Source: Lophium mytilinum (Eukaryota). Taken from it: 64,000 nucleotides of DNA. Both the position numbers and the translations under genes were made by a program. Positions 22,860 through 36,312 of the stretch are shown here, in pieces (the stretch's first letter is position 1; each line of letters begins with the position of its first letter). Location of the stretch: positions 3,596,001 through 3,660,000 of the forward strand of contig MU004181.1 in assembly GCA_010093605.1 (NCBI GenBank), in the 5' to 3' direction. Below the pieces are notes generated by a model that did not search any database, had not been told where the DNA came from, and saw nothing but the letters and a program-made list of their open reading frames with translations.

Positions 22860-24313
22860 GGCGGCGCTGGCCTGCTCTGGGGCACTGTTCGGAGGCGCCT
22901 TGCTGCGCTTGAGAAACCGAATTTTGACGGCTTGAAGTGGCAGCCTGAGGGGGCGGGTCGACGTTGAAGATGGTGGGTTCGGGGGTGGTGGTTGGTGGGT
23001 GGGTGAGGCGAAGGAGCGGCGAGGTTGACAGAGGACGGCGAGAGGATGCGGGGCCTCTTTTGTATGCAGTCAAAAGGTGAAGTAGGAGATTCACAGGAGT
23101 GAATGTGGCATAGGCGAACTGGCCGAGGGAAAACGGTAGAGGTGAGTGGAAGGAGCGGGCTCTTTTTGAGGTTCGTTGAAGAGCTCAAGGCTCCCACGGT
23201 AGGCAGGCGGGCGGAGCCCAGAAGGAACTTGCCGCACAGCCGCACCTCAACACCATGACTCTATCACCGTGCACAGACCTGCATGTGCAATGATTCCAGC
23301 GCCGTCTTTCTGTTCTCCATGTAGTGGTGAAGTGTGGACACGAGTCTGGTGAAATTATGTTGTCTGAAGTCATAGACATCATTTGGAGCACCCGTGTAGC
23401 GGTAATCTACCGTAACAGATGGGGTGAATATAGCTTAACCAGACTGCGACGCACACATGTAATGCAGCATTTAAGCAAGGTACTCAGTTTGTTGCGGGAG
23501 TAGGTTATCATGCACCTTTCTCAAAGCCTCTGTCGAATCGCTGTGCTTCTGCTAACATCGCCCCGTTCTCTACATCTATCGCTGTAGCCTATATTAGGCC
23601 TCTTTGGATCATTCACTAGCCTCGGATGGAACTCTTTCGAATGATTCACAGATTGAGCTTTTGTCTCCTTGAGGGTTTCGTCTTACTCCGGATCTGTCAT
23701 GAGATTGTGCAAGTATCCGTGTCTTAACGAAAAGCGGTCTGTAGCCCTTTTCTGGTTTGATGAATAGCCTGCAAATGGCTCTCAGTGTTTCTGACAAACC
23801 AACTATCTAATGTGGAAAGAGGATGTAATCAATTCATTCAGGTAATAATAAGAATACTGCGTAGCAGGAAGTTCCCCTGTATAGCGTTTAGGTTGTACAG
23901 TGTATACCTTCGTACCTTGCATTCGGAGCCGGCGCAATCATTCGGAAGCCTGGCTCGGAGGTTTTCGATATAAAATCCAGTCTACATACATACATCTCAA
24001 GAAAGATATGTTGACAAAAGCCTTTTCAACTGTCAGATGAAACCCCATGCTACGTCAGGGGTGCTCCGCCAGACTAACCACAGTCGACCTAGAGTGACAT
24101 GCCAAGGTGCATTCACGATGACGTTGGGAAATCCACCTACCTAGCACGAAACAAAAACTCCAACATTCAGAAAACAACCAATCTCTCACCCCCCCGCCAC
24201 GACCATGACCTGAACGACGACACGACTCCCAAAACCACCTCCTCCCCTCGCGTCAACGCGCGCATTCCCCGCAATTCCTGCTCCCAACCCGCCGCCACGA
24301 GCGCCGCCGCACC

Positions 24314-25393
24314 ATGCGCCTCTTCCTTCTCCCAATCTCCACGCGCCGCACCCTCATCTACTGCGAGCGCATGCACGAAAAGCTCGCGTCGGAGCGCAGC
24401 TACCTCGACAAAATCACCAACAAAGCCAACGAAACCTGGGCTCTCTGGGAAAAAGACTCGAAGAGCATCGCGAACTGGAAAAAGACCGTCACCGTCTACG
24501 GCAACAAGGCGTTCAAGCGGATCCCCTTCGAGGAATGGGGATTAAAAACCGTGCCCGCGCTGACAGCCAAGCGGCGGAAGCTCGAGCTGGAGGGCAAGGA
24601 GAAAGTGGAAGTTATCTTTCCCCGGCGGTTTGTGCACGAGGAGAGGGTGCCGGGGATATTGCGGCAGCTGGCGACGGAGCGGCAGGCGCTGCATAAGAAG
24701 AGGATGATTGGGAGTATTGCTGCGATGCCGTTTTCGGCGCCGTTTATGTTGATACCCGTGTAAGTTTGTATTTTGTGCGCTGGTGGAGACGCTGGTGGCT
24801 GCTGACGGTGAGAAGGGTGCCGAATATACCTTTCTTTTACCTCGTGTTTCGCGCATACTCGCATTGGAAAGGTAGCTGGTCCTTGAGTGCCTCCAAGATG
24901 TATTGCTAACCGGAACGTAGCTTTGACTGGCTCGAAGCATCTACAATTCATTCTAGAAAATAAACTCCTAAAACCTGTCCCCTCCTCAGAACTCGACGAA
25001 GCATATGCCGCCGGGCTTATGTACCCTACCCGCGAACTCTCGCGCGCCGCTCCACTCCCTACGCAAGAACAAGTGGATGAGATATCCAACATTGTTGGCA
25101 AGCAAACGAATGACGGCTCCGAAGACGTCATGGTATTACAGCGGTGGAATGGCAAGCTGATAGCTGAGCGTTTCAAGCTTCCAGAGATGGAGATTGAGAT
25201 AGAAAGAGCTGTAGAGCAGGTAGAAACAGCGATAAAGGGCAAGGAAGAATTGTTGGAAGAGAAGCGCGAGCTGGAACGAGCGACTGCTTCGCCTGACAGT
25301 GTGCAGACTGAAGAGCCCGCAGACAAGAAGACGCCCTCGGAGAAATTCGGGGAGACGTTGCGCGAGAAGAAAAGCGATGTCTCAAAGACGTGA
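24314..25393 (+). CDS. Mitochondrial K+/H+ exchange-related family protein (YDL183C-like)
   Basis: MRLFLLPISTRRTLIYC, KRIPFEEWGLKTVP and PFMLIPVVPNIPFFYLVFRAYSHWKAL after removing introns 24760-24815 and 24872-24920. Confidence 0.85.
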
Positions 25394-25539
25394 CAACGTC
25401 GTTCAGAAGATGTGTATTATAAGGTGTAAGACCGCTCAACTGTCTCGGTGTAAAGATTTGAATACAACACACACGTATAAACAATGTGTTTTACCACTCA
25501 TCAATCATCTTTGCAAGGCACAGGACCCATGCAACAACC

Positions 25540-25690
25540 GCAAGGGGAGAAACCAGTGCTTGCCCGGAACTTCACAATTGTACAAACCGATACTGGTGAC
25601 AATCCATGGGACCTCGGTATAATCCGCAATTTGAAGAGTGTTCTCGGCGAAAACTATACCAATATTCGCTCCGTGATTGCTGCATGAGGG
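25540..25690 (+). pseudogene. Isolated relic of a DHHC palmitoyltransferase (Pfa5-like) C-terminus
   Basis: RNFTIVQTDTGDNPWDLGIIRNLKSVLGEN resembles the NP.DLG...N...V.G C-terminal motif of DHHC enzymes. No DHHC domain is nearby. Confidence 0.55.
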
Positions 25691-25794
25691 TATCCAGAAT
25701 ACTTTCATTGATCGGCATCCTATTTATGGGGCATCACAAGCGTATGCACAGACTTAACGTCCGGGAATACACATTACCACTGCCTCCAAAGTCC

Positions 25795-27340
25795 CTACTT
25801 CTCAATAGTCACCATGTCCCCAAGCCTTGACTTCAAGGCGCCATCTTCGCCTTCCAAAGCCCAGAGCACAATCTGCTCCAGCACATCCGCACCGGCCTTC
25901 TCGACAGGAAGCCAGTGGCCGCCTTTCTCGAGGACGACGATCTGACTACGTTTCGTCAAGTAATCCGAAATCCCTTCCAGTGCCAGCCGTTGCTCGAAGG
26001 CAGGGTCCTTCTTGCCATACACCACCGTCACTGGCGCCTGGAGCGAGCCTGGTGGGCCATCTTCGAAGAGGCCAGCGCCGCTGCTTGACCGACGAGAGAA
26101 CGACTGGCCATCGAGTTCCGACAGCCTCACAATCATCTCAAGCGACTTCTCCCACTTGCCCTTGAAGAGGCCTTCGCGGTATATTCGTATCTTCTCGGAC
26201 CAGCCGTCGTCGTGTTGACGCTGCTTCACTGCCTCCGGGTAGGCTAATCCATCTTCGGTGATGGTACCGAGTTGAGCTGCACCCGGCCCTATAGTAGCAG
26301 CCATACATTCTGCGGCTTCGGCTGGACTCAGGCCGGCAGGGCCTGGTTTCCTGCTCAGCTTGTGCAGTAGTCTTAGGAACCACTTGCTTCCCATGCGGCC
26401 GGCGAAGTTGGAGAGTGGCGGTGGCAGTTGGAACACCACCACATAGCCGGATTTGCGCGCTTGGCTGAGCAGGGGAGAAACAGTCCGGAAAGCAGTCTTG
26501 AGAAGGCGAACGGATAGGGGACGCTGCAGCCAGGTGTGTAGCATCTGCTTCGAGGAGCCGAGGTGAGCCTTTGCCGTCGAAACTATCTGCTCAGGCTGAT
26601 GGTCTTGTTAGTATATCGAGGCAGTAGTTGAGGATGTCCTTAAAAGTCAACGTACGAGGATGGCACTGCTGATAATGAATCGATCAGCAATTTGAGGGGC
26701 CTCAGAGGCCAGCCTGAAGGCTATGATGGAGCCCCAGTCATGTGACACAACCAACACCCGACCCCCATTCTGAATCGGATACTGGTCTCGCATGCCAATG
26801 ATGAAGGACCCGATGGCTTCGAGCACCGTATCGGCAGAGTAGTTAGGGAGATTGTCGCTCCCTCCGTAGCCACCGAGATCTACTGCCACGAGGACACTGT
26901 CCTTCAAGAGTTCGGGCGAGCCTAGCAATCGCTGCCAGAGAATCCAGCTATCCGGGAAACCTGACATTGTTAGTGAGTATCCCAATGATTTGGGTGAAGA
27001 ACATGCCATGCAGGAACACTACGAGGTTCTCTGGGGTAGCAGCTGCATGCTCCATATAATGCAGTCTCCGTCCATCCTGTAGGGCAAAGAAGCGATGTTT
27101 GAATCCAAACGGCGAGCTTGCAAGATCCCAGAACTTGCGCTGAGCTGCTCGAGATTACTTAATCAGTTCACCGCATGATCAAGAGTCTATGGCTCACATA
27201 CCAGCAGCTAGCTCTTGCTTCTCTGCGTCTGTGATCTTGCGAGTGAGAGAACCGTCAAGAGCAGCAAGGGCGGTGAACACTACGAGCGTGAACACGCCGT
27301 AGACAAAGCTTAGGGCTTTGGCAACGACGTCGAGGAACAT
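25795..27340 (-). CDS. Alpha/beta hydrolase, epoxide-hydrolase-like, with an N-terminal membrane segment
   Basis: FLHGFPDSW (across a GC-AG intron), AVDLGGYGGSD, nucleophile SHDWGS, VYGKKDPAF and GGHWLP. Confidence 0.88.
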
Positions 27341-28303
27341 GGTGGCAGCGTATTAGCTAGAAAATATCCTAACTAGTGGCTGTGATGTGAAGGGAATCCA
27401 TCGAGGGCATCTCTGAAGTGTAGTTAAACAATCGACATCGATGAACAGAGCGTCGCCTGATGAGGAAGTGACCATCGCCGCAGTGACACCGTTTGACGAG
27501 GACCCCGCAGACATCCATGGATTGATTGGAAGCTGGTCACACGCTCAGACATACATTTCGTTCTTACGCCTTATGTTTCAAAGTCGAACATCCTGAACTG
27601 TAAGCGGCCGCAACCTTTCATAGGTAGCGCTGAACGGTGAGTTAGGAGTATGACGTCAGGGCATTGACTGATTGGTTGAGTGTTCAAGATCACGTGACGT
27701 AGTATCAATCCCTCAATTCGCAGCGACAATATCTCTATATCCCATTCTGATCACTCTGAATAAGCTGGTGCACGTCATGCAGGAGAAGCACCAGACAAGT
27801 CGTATATAAGACGAAGATCAAAAGCAGTGAGAGTGTATTGCACCCTGCACCATAATATGACATCTCGAATGTACGGACCTGACAAGGTTTCAAACCCACG
27901 CTCATATTAACGAAAGACATTATCACTATGAGTGTCCGACATACGAAAAGCAAAGAGAGATGGATGGCTTGCAATGCAGAACGAAATCTGGAAGCGCAAA
28001 CCATGCCTCAATGAAAGCAGATTTAGGAAACTAATATTACATAGCGAGACATTAACGGGCCATGCAAGGCAAATGTGACTATGAAAGTTGTCTGACAAAT
28101 TACGCTCATGGGGATGTCGCTGTACAACGCAGAATATATATACGTGGCCGCCCATACATCATGAAAAAAGCCTCCTGGTATCGTCGTCCTTAGCACTCAT
28201 CTCGAATAGATTTAGGACAAAGCGCTGCGTCCTCTCTGAATCTAGACCAACGAATCGAGGGCCATCATTAACTTTCCTGTGCTTCAGTCGAAGCAGCATT
28301 CGT

Positions 28304-30818
28304 TCAAGAATCAGCTCCGAAGTTCGGGTCGCGTAGTACGGGCTTGTCTGAAGCCGTTATCGGTGAAACTGGCTTCGGTGCGAAGATGGTCGGTCCCGCG
28401 TCGGTCGCCGACTCGTTCGAATCTTCCCGTAAAGTCCTACCCATGAGTCTTTTCTCGTCCAGGTTGAATTCAGTCGGTCGCCCACCGCCGCTGGACGGGC
28501 TGCCAACAGGCACCGAATGTTCCGGTAGGTCCCTTTGTGGCGTCTCCTTGTTTTCGAGGTGCTTTAAGTGCTCGAACTCGACTAGGGAGGAGCGGCGCAG
28601 CTGTTCGAGCTTTACTTCCGGATCCTTAAGGAGGGTGAATGTTAGCGTTTTCGTGCAGTCAGGAGCGCAACAACAGCATCAACGTCAGATTCGGACTCCA
28701 AAGTCAGACCGTGAGACTTCGCAAGCGCATTTACAGTACCTGGACTCGGAAAGTATGAAGGTGTCAAAGAGGCTAAGGGCGCGCCTCTAGGACTGACACC
28801 GCTGAAAGGGCTTATTTTGACCGGAGCGGCGGTGACGGTCTGAGGACTTTCAACAGTAGGAGCCAATGTCGTGGCGGTAGAAGCAGAAGCGCTCGACGAA
28901 AGTCGATGATGTACGCGACGAAACGAAGCAGCGCTCGCAGAAGAAAAACCGCATTGTGGACATACCCAGTCGACTTGGTCCGGCACGCCTTCGGCGGCTG
29001 GCAGTTCTCCTGCATTATCCCTCTCATTCCCCCAAAAGGTTGGCCGACGGATCGGCGCAGGCGTAACCGGAAGACTCGGCCTCTCAAAGGCAGTAGGGAA
29101 ATCTGTCAAGATGAGGCTTTCGCGACGTTCTTGTCGGTTTAGAGTCGGCGAGAGGATTGCTGACCCAACACCTGCTCCCAGTGTTTCGATGCCCGGCGAG
29201 GGTCTTCCATGTCGTGTCTGTGCTACCATAATTGCACGCACATAGTTTTCTATACCCGGTACACTGTCCCAGGCATTGCTACTTTGTGAGAAAGCCTGCC
29301 ACCCTTCCTCTGCCGTCTGCGTCGGGGAGCTTGATGGTGCCGGTACCGTCTCTTCCGCGGAAGCCGCGGAGGCCGCAAGGGCTGAAGGAATCGGGGCGGG
29401 GGGAAGATCTTCGGCGAAGACACGAGTCGGTTTCGGTACACTACGCTCTTTTTCCCATGGGAAAAGTGGTTTTGGCTTGTCAGCGACTTTAGGTTTCGTC
29501 TCAGGGACCTGGTACCACATGTCTTTGGGTGGTTCTGGATATGATTGCGGAGCTTGAAAGAGAGATCGGCTTTCGGTCCACTCATACGTTTGGTTGGGGA
29601 AGTTGGCTGCCTCAGGCCTGGATTCGGAGGGAGGTTCTGAGCTATGGATGGCAAGTTAGTTCTTGAAGGTAATAACTTTCTAGCTAAGCTTACCGTGTCG
29701 CGTCCCAAGACATGGCAGGAGCAGAGAACTTTCGTTGCTCAACGGTGGGTGTCGGCTCTACGTAGCCTTGGTCAATATTCTCCGCAGCCTCTCCAGGGTC
29801 AGATAGCGGCAGTTCCGTACTAGTGGTAGGCGCTTCTGGCTTTGTGATCTGGGGCGTTGAGATTAGATGTTCGATAGAGGTAGTTCCGATGTTGATGTTT
29901 GTTACCTCGCCGTGAGCGTGCCCTTGCACAGTCGTGGATGAGACCCCTCCGGCGGAGTGTGAAGTCTGAGATTGCGTGAGCGGAGCGCGAGCTAATGCAT
30001 CCGGTCTACTGACTGATTTGCCTCTGATGTGCTTATCGTAGACAGCCCACCAGCGTCCTAGAAGCTCGTTGTAAACGCCTCCTGGACTCTGCCGTCCCTT
30101 AGTCCACGGCTTATCCTTGCCAATGAAGTGGACCATTTTGATGTTGCTCTTGTAGTGCCGGTATGCTGGTTCCCACTGGTACTGGGCGTTCGGCGTACAA
30201 TTGTACGTAAAGCTGAGCCTGTGCCAGTTCTTGTGCTCGTAGTATTGGTTCAAAAGGCCCTGATCAGCTCCGTCGAAGCTGTCTCCACTGGCTGCCAGAG
30301 TCTGAAGCGCCCAGTAATCACCCATGTTCGGAGTGAGGACCATGACGCCAGTATTGAAGGCATCTGGCCAGCCCACGTCCGGAGCGGCCGCAAAGGGAGC
30401 ATCGATGTTGAACAGCTCGTCGGTCGCGCGCAAAGACACAACATCGGCGTCAATGTACACAATCTTGCTGAACTGAACTTGTCTCCAGAGGGCTATCTTG
30501 GTAAAGGCGAAGGCAAGATCGGGGCGGTCCATGAGGAAGAGATTCGAAAGATTGGGGGTTCGTATCCGCTCGACGGGAATGATATAGTCATATAGGGCCT
30601 GCAGAGGTTAGAACAAAGAGCTTGACGTATACAAATGTCTTGATACGGACTTTGAGTTCGGTGACTGTGTCGGCGGATAAGGTGTCCAGCGTGACGAGGA
30701 CGGCCAGCTTCTTGGTAGTTCCGCCATCTCGTAAGGAATGAGCTAGGACTGCAGCACCGGGAAGGTATGCATCGTTCATGAGCAAGGTGCAATACACTTG
30801 CTCGCCATTGCTCGCCAT
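28304..30818 (-). CDS. GLG1: Glycogenin (GT8 self-glucosylating initiator) with a long C-terminal tail
   Basis: YCTLLMNDAYLPGA, FTKIALWRQ, YIDADV, FNTGVMVL, SFDGADQGLLN and VHFIGKDKPW. The last exon reads DPEVKLEQLRRSS...NFGADS*. Confidence 0.93.
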
Positions 30819-31568
30819 AGTCGAGGACAGCTCCGGTCCCGAGGATGAAGGAGTCGAGGTGAGAGGCGCCGGCAGCTCAGAGCTTAGGTTGGTTTGGAGC
30901 TCGTTTTCCCCGCTCTAGCTCGACCTTGACGTAGGAGCTCACGAGCTGTCGATCACGAGGAGACAACGGAGCGAAAGGAAAAAGGGCTAGATAAGGACGC
31001 TGGGCGCGAGAGTGAGGTCCATGGTCAATTGGCCGCCGTGCAAGTCGACACGGCGCGGAAGAGGTGGTGAATGCAATCTCCCAATCTTCCGAGCTTCAGT
31101 TCCCTGGCAAGCCACCGTGAAGCCCTGTACATTTGCCGTGGCGCACCCGGATCTCACGCCATTGGCTCTCCCGACAGCCGTTTTACAAACGGGTCGGTTG
31201 ACCTGGAGATGTCGGCTATGGCCGCAAGCTGCTCTGAGCTCGGGAATCAATACCACGGCATCCGAGTCGCTGAGAGGTATAGGTAGCTAGTGTTCGCCCT
31301 ATGAACTGCAATCATGAGCGTAGTTCTCTAAAAAGGTTCCATTGGACTCACGGTGTTCAGGGGCACGTATCTTCCCTGCTGCATAGCCTGTGACCGTGTT
31401 TAAAGTCCCCCGGCAGTTCATCAATATCGCTTTCGTACAAAGGTGGTATCCTGACTATCTTATTACCATCCATTATTATAGAATCGAAGGTTTTCATAAA
31501 ACTTTCCCCATGCTGCTGTTGGAGTTTTATATCGAAAAAGCTACTTGCTAAAACGATATACTTCTATA

Positions 31569-33049
31569 TTACATCCCCTGTTCGTGCGACCTGTACACCA
31601 CCGCCTCCATCCCCCCGTCGTTGTTACATTGGAAGAACGCCAACCTGCCCGCCCGACCTTCCCACCCATCACTAAGAATCTCAATCGCATGTGCCATCTC
31701 CGCGCCTCTTTTCTCCTTGGGCAGTCTCGAAATCATGAAGTGCATGTCCACGAGGAACGGGAAAGTCTTTCCAAGCGCAGGATACGTCGTACAGGCCTCA
31801 AACGCTGATGACGTGAAGTAGTTCATTGACGTTGCGGAGGTATCTGGATCATCCGAGCGAGAGCCATCAGCCGGCGTGGGAGGCGGGCGTCGCGTTATGC
31901 CCGAGTTGATGACGAGGGATGTCAGGTCGTGGCTTCGCGCAAGCTGTGAAAGGTCGCGCATCAAGGAAGCAAGCATTGCATGGGCTGTGGAGTGTCAGAG
32001 ATATCAACAGAAGCGGATCATTTGCATAGCCGCCTGTTGGGCTGACATAGAAAGAGAAGAGAGAACATTACCTTGCACGTATTTGACCTTCATGAGCGGG
32101 CTCAACACTTCGGTAATGTTATCGACGATGAGCATCCAAGTGCACCCTCCACTTTCATCCGAACTGACATGGGGGCTCAGATGCCGTCTCTCATCAGACC
32201 GAATTGTCTGCGTTGTATCCGGCTTGTTCGTGCCTACGAAGAGCATTTCCTCCTCTTCTTCGTCTTCTTCATCTTCGCTGTCTGCTACCTCTACTCTTCG
32301 GCTATGATTCGTTTTAGGAGGAGCTGGTATTTTACTTGGGGTCGTTTTGGAACCCAATGTTTGAACTGGCTGGCTTATCTCTTCCTTCAATTCCTCCAAA
32401 GCCTCCTTCATTCCAACGAAATCAAAGACGCGCATGATCTTCACCCTCTCGAGCGCTGCGGCAGCGATGTCGTCTGGCTCGAGCGAGGCATTGTCCTGCT
32501 TTGCCTGCTGTGGCACGACATGTCGTTGGAAACGAGAGACAAGGGTAGTATGTAGTCTTAAAACGTCAAAATTGCCGGAAGTATCGATTATAGCAGCTTG
32601 AGATCGTGGATTTTCAAGGAGATGTGAGGTTAAGAAAGCGAGAGCCAACTGTATAATGAATCAATACAGCATACTAGAACCAACAAGTCCACGCGTAGGA
32701 AGTCAAAGCACGTGGATTTGATATGAGCGATCAGATAGGAACAAGCAAGCAAGAATGGGCATCATGAGCAACGACTAAGATAGATGAAACCAAAACGATC
32801 GAACAGGATGACATTAACAAAACGCAAACCTACCCCAGTCTTCCCAGCCCCCGCTTCACCAGAAAAGCAGCACAAACCCCTGATTCCTCTTTCCCTCTTT
32901 CCCTCCAGCGCTTCATCCACGCTCCGACACCCCGTCATCACCCGTGTGACGCGTGGGTGCTCTCCATCCCACGCTATCAGCGTCGCAATCTCGTCGGGAC
33001 GGATCAGGGATGCGGCATCGGCTGGAAGGGCTGCGCCGAAAGCGGCCAT
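31569..33049 (-). CDS. RAD51 paralog (RAD51D-like RecA-fold protein)
   Basis: TGCRSVDEAL, Walker A SGEAGAGKT, AIIDTSGNFD, ALERVKIMRVFD, Walker B LIVDNI and PALGKTF. Introns at ~32651-32830 and ~31986-32072. Confidence 0.8.
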
Positions 33050-33790
33050 GCAGTTGGGTGGTGCTGGAGCTCAAGATTTAGAAACTTCCAAATGTGGTTG
33101 GTGGAGATGGGAGCTGCGTCAAGTGTGTGGATAGTGGATCGGCCCTGTGCAGGGATGCGGGTGTGGCGTGAAACTTACCACCAAGGGCGGGTTATACCGA
33201 CTTTATGCCTCGGTGCAGTCGAATTGTACGTGAGATATGGACTTTGATCCGATCGAAGGTCTGATAGATGAACGTCTAGGCACGCTTGGCTAGAAGGAGG
33301 CTTCGACATGTCACTACTACAAAACAGATTAGAGGCAGCGAGAGACTTCATTTTTCTCTAAATCGACGATAATTTAATATATCCCGGTCAATCCACACGG
33401 CCTTCACTTGCGTAACAATCGTAGACAATGACCATGTCCTAAAAGAAGTTTTCTGTGCCTGGTACGCACTATTGCAGCCCACTCAACCAATATCCAGTGC
33501 ACTAGGAAAGAAGATCCATCACACAAGCCGACGCCCCGTCTTCACTCCGTACCCCAGAAGGATAAAAGAACCAGCTTACAAAGGAGATAGAAGCAAGCGT
33601 ATGCGAAGCAGAAATAGGGTTGACAATGGCCCTTCATACTCCACCCCTGGCCTGCCAAGTTTCCTGCACAACTGCGCAAACCTGTTGCGGACAGCTTGCT
33701 CCGTCATTGGGAGCCCAAATTGACTCGGCGTGCTGCGCTGACGACTACCCAGCAGGGGTTGAAACACCACCAACAGCGCCATCAAGAATC

Positions 33791-35729
33791 TCACGACGGC
33801 CGTCTTTCGGGCCGCGTTCGCCTCCCACCCTTCAAGCTCTTCACGCGACTGAGGAAGCCATTGGTAGGTTTATTGCTGTCCCCCATGCCGTCAGAGCTGT
33901 CAGCAGTCATCTGCCTTGTCAGCCCGTTTCCGCGTGAAGGTGAAGTTGGAGACCATCCAGAGGGCTTAGATGCATCATTGCCTCCGCTTTCTGCAACCTT
34001 GATAGTGGCGCCCTTCTTGTCGTACGCTTCATCGTAATCATCGAAGAATGGATTCGACTCGTTTACTTTGGTGTAGCCGCCGGCACTCTGAGGGCCCTTT
34101 GGCGGTACTTCCGGCGGACTGCCCGGCGTCCTCAATGCATTTGATCCACCGGGCCGGAAATCATAGCGTGACTCAGGACTCGTGATACGCGGTGCTCCCG
34201 GTGCTCCATCGCCGAACCCAGTACGGCGCGGCTGGGAGATACCTCGAATGCGCTGTGCTATCGACTTCTTGCGTCCGATTCCACCATTCTGAGCTGCTGC
34301 TGCGTCGTCCAATTGGCGTTGTTGAATAGCAGTGCGCGAGGCAGGAGCGCCTTCTAAGAAGGTAGAAGTGCCTAGGCCATAGGTTTCCTCGCCGTGAACT
34401 GGCTCGACGCTACCCTTCGGATTGAAGGAAGCTGTTCGACCTTCAAGAGAAGGGCGCTTCTTGTATTGCTCAGTCTCGGCATTGCCGCTTCGTGAAAAAT
34501 CTGTGAAGCCCTCAGCCCCTCGTCCGTGGAATTTCTCGAGATCAATGTTCTTATTGACCGGGCCCGACCCGCCGATAGCGTTGTTAGCAGAATTAACGGG
34601 GAATGCCTCCATCGGCGCGCGGTGGTCCTTCTTCCGATTGCGATGAGGATTGCAAGCATCGAATGGGCCGTCATGGTGGAACACTGTTACATGTAAGCTA
34701 CGTCGGCCAATATTTAAGTTTAGGACACTCACAGCTGGGCCCATAGATGCCAGAGACATCCAATTTGTCGATCAAATCGAGTCCATGGGGTTTCTTTGGC
34801 TGCCTGTGAGACCTCGACTTGCCATCCTTTCCTCTGGCCTCCCTCTCTTTTCGCCGCTCCCTGCGCTTGCGTTCCTCGTCGGCGTCCAGGGGCCTCTTGT
34901 CAATGATCGAAGAATCGGAATTGCGTCGCGGGCGTCTGTTGTTGGCCCTCTCAGGACTTCCTTGACCATTCCGCGGTGCTGGTGGTCCGCGCGGTCGTGA
35001 AGGGCCCCGCGACGCACCGCGTAGCTTTTCTTCTTCGCCTGATCGAGACGGGCGGTGGCCTGCCAGCGGAAGGGTGCCAGATCGATGAGGTGCAGGTCGT
35101 GGAGGTGCAGGTCTCTGGCCGAGTCCTACTCATCGCATGTTAGAGAGGGATTGCAGTAGCTTGAATGCAGAACCAACCTTTCTTTCCAGATGCATCGTTC
35201 AAAGACATGTTGCTCTGTGGGGTATAATGGTCAGCAAATGGCACAGAAGACGCTTCGACAGCAGATTCCATGATGTTGAAGTGGGCAAAACGGGGACAGC
35301 GAAGAGTCGGTGTCAAGTAGCAGGTTGTGGGACCACGCCCAGCGACCTTATCTAGAACCTTGCAGCAGGATGTGGCAGGGGATGTGACGTACGAAAAGCT
35401 CCTCTGCGCTGGTGCCAAACGTCGCCTTTTTGGGCGACTCCTTGACGGTGGCGGACATGTCGATCAGAAAGGAGGAATTTGGATTGGGCTGCTGGGCGGG
35501 CTCGTCTTCGAACGTGGCGAGGAAGGGGTTCCTGGACACGGGTCGGTTGCCGCTGTTGGGCGTGGAGATTCCAGGAGAGAGCGCATGCGGTGAGGCAGCG
35601 CGGTTGCGGAAGGGATTGTTCGACGACAGATTGTTGGCGGAGGCGGACAGATCGAGGGTCAGGTTTGGTTCTGCTAGACGGTTAGGACGTCACCGAGCCA
35701 GCCTTGAAACGTAGCAGCATACCTGGCAT
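33791..35729 (-). CDS. PAL1: Pal1 cell-morphology/endocytic protein
   Basis: LDLIDKLDVSGIYG | FHHDGPFDACNPHRNRKK..APMEAF signature and three NPF motifs. Four introns. The start at 35729 (MPAEPNL) is approximate. Confidence 0.88.
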
Positions 35730-36312
35730 TTCAATCCTTGCACAGCGCCAAACAGCGCAGGCCAGTCAGGAGGAGATGCTAAAGTGATACGCGGGCGAAA
35801 GATGTGGTGAGGCACGGCGAAGGCTGGGGTGGGATGCGTTGGAGGAGGAGAGCAGCACTTCTACAACAGTGGTTGCGACAGGCGCCGTCGGGCTGGCTGG
35901 TAGCTTGGAACGTGCCTTTAGCACGAAGCAGCAGTGATGGCCGAGCAACTCCTGAATGCGCGCCGGAACCAGCTGAGATCGCCGCCGAGGCTGGAGGGTC
36001 TGGAGGTCTTGGGGGGCCTTGGGGTTTGGGGTTTGGAGGTGCCTTGAAGTCGGAGGGAACAATGAAAGCAAAGAGGCAGAAGTAGAAGCAGAAGCAGTCC
36101 TCCTGGCCGCGAAATTCACCCCCGTGGCCCCTTGTAGCTTCGCCTGGCTGACCTGACCGCCCGTCACCGCTCTCTCCCCGCAGTGGCTAACTCTCGGCCT
36201 GCACACGCCGGACTAGCAAGCAACAGACCCCTTCCTCCCCCTCTCCCAGGTTTCTCGGCCCGCCGCCCAGCTGCACCTGAACACCTGTGTGCCTGCACCT
36301 CTCGCAAAGAAA

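Noticed and set aside
32651..32830. Possible intronic snoRNA in the long RAD51-paralog intron
   Set aside because: No complete C box (RTGATGA) paired with a D box and terminal stem.
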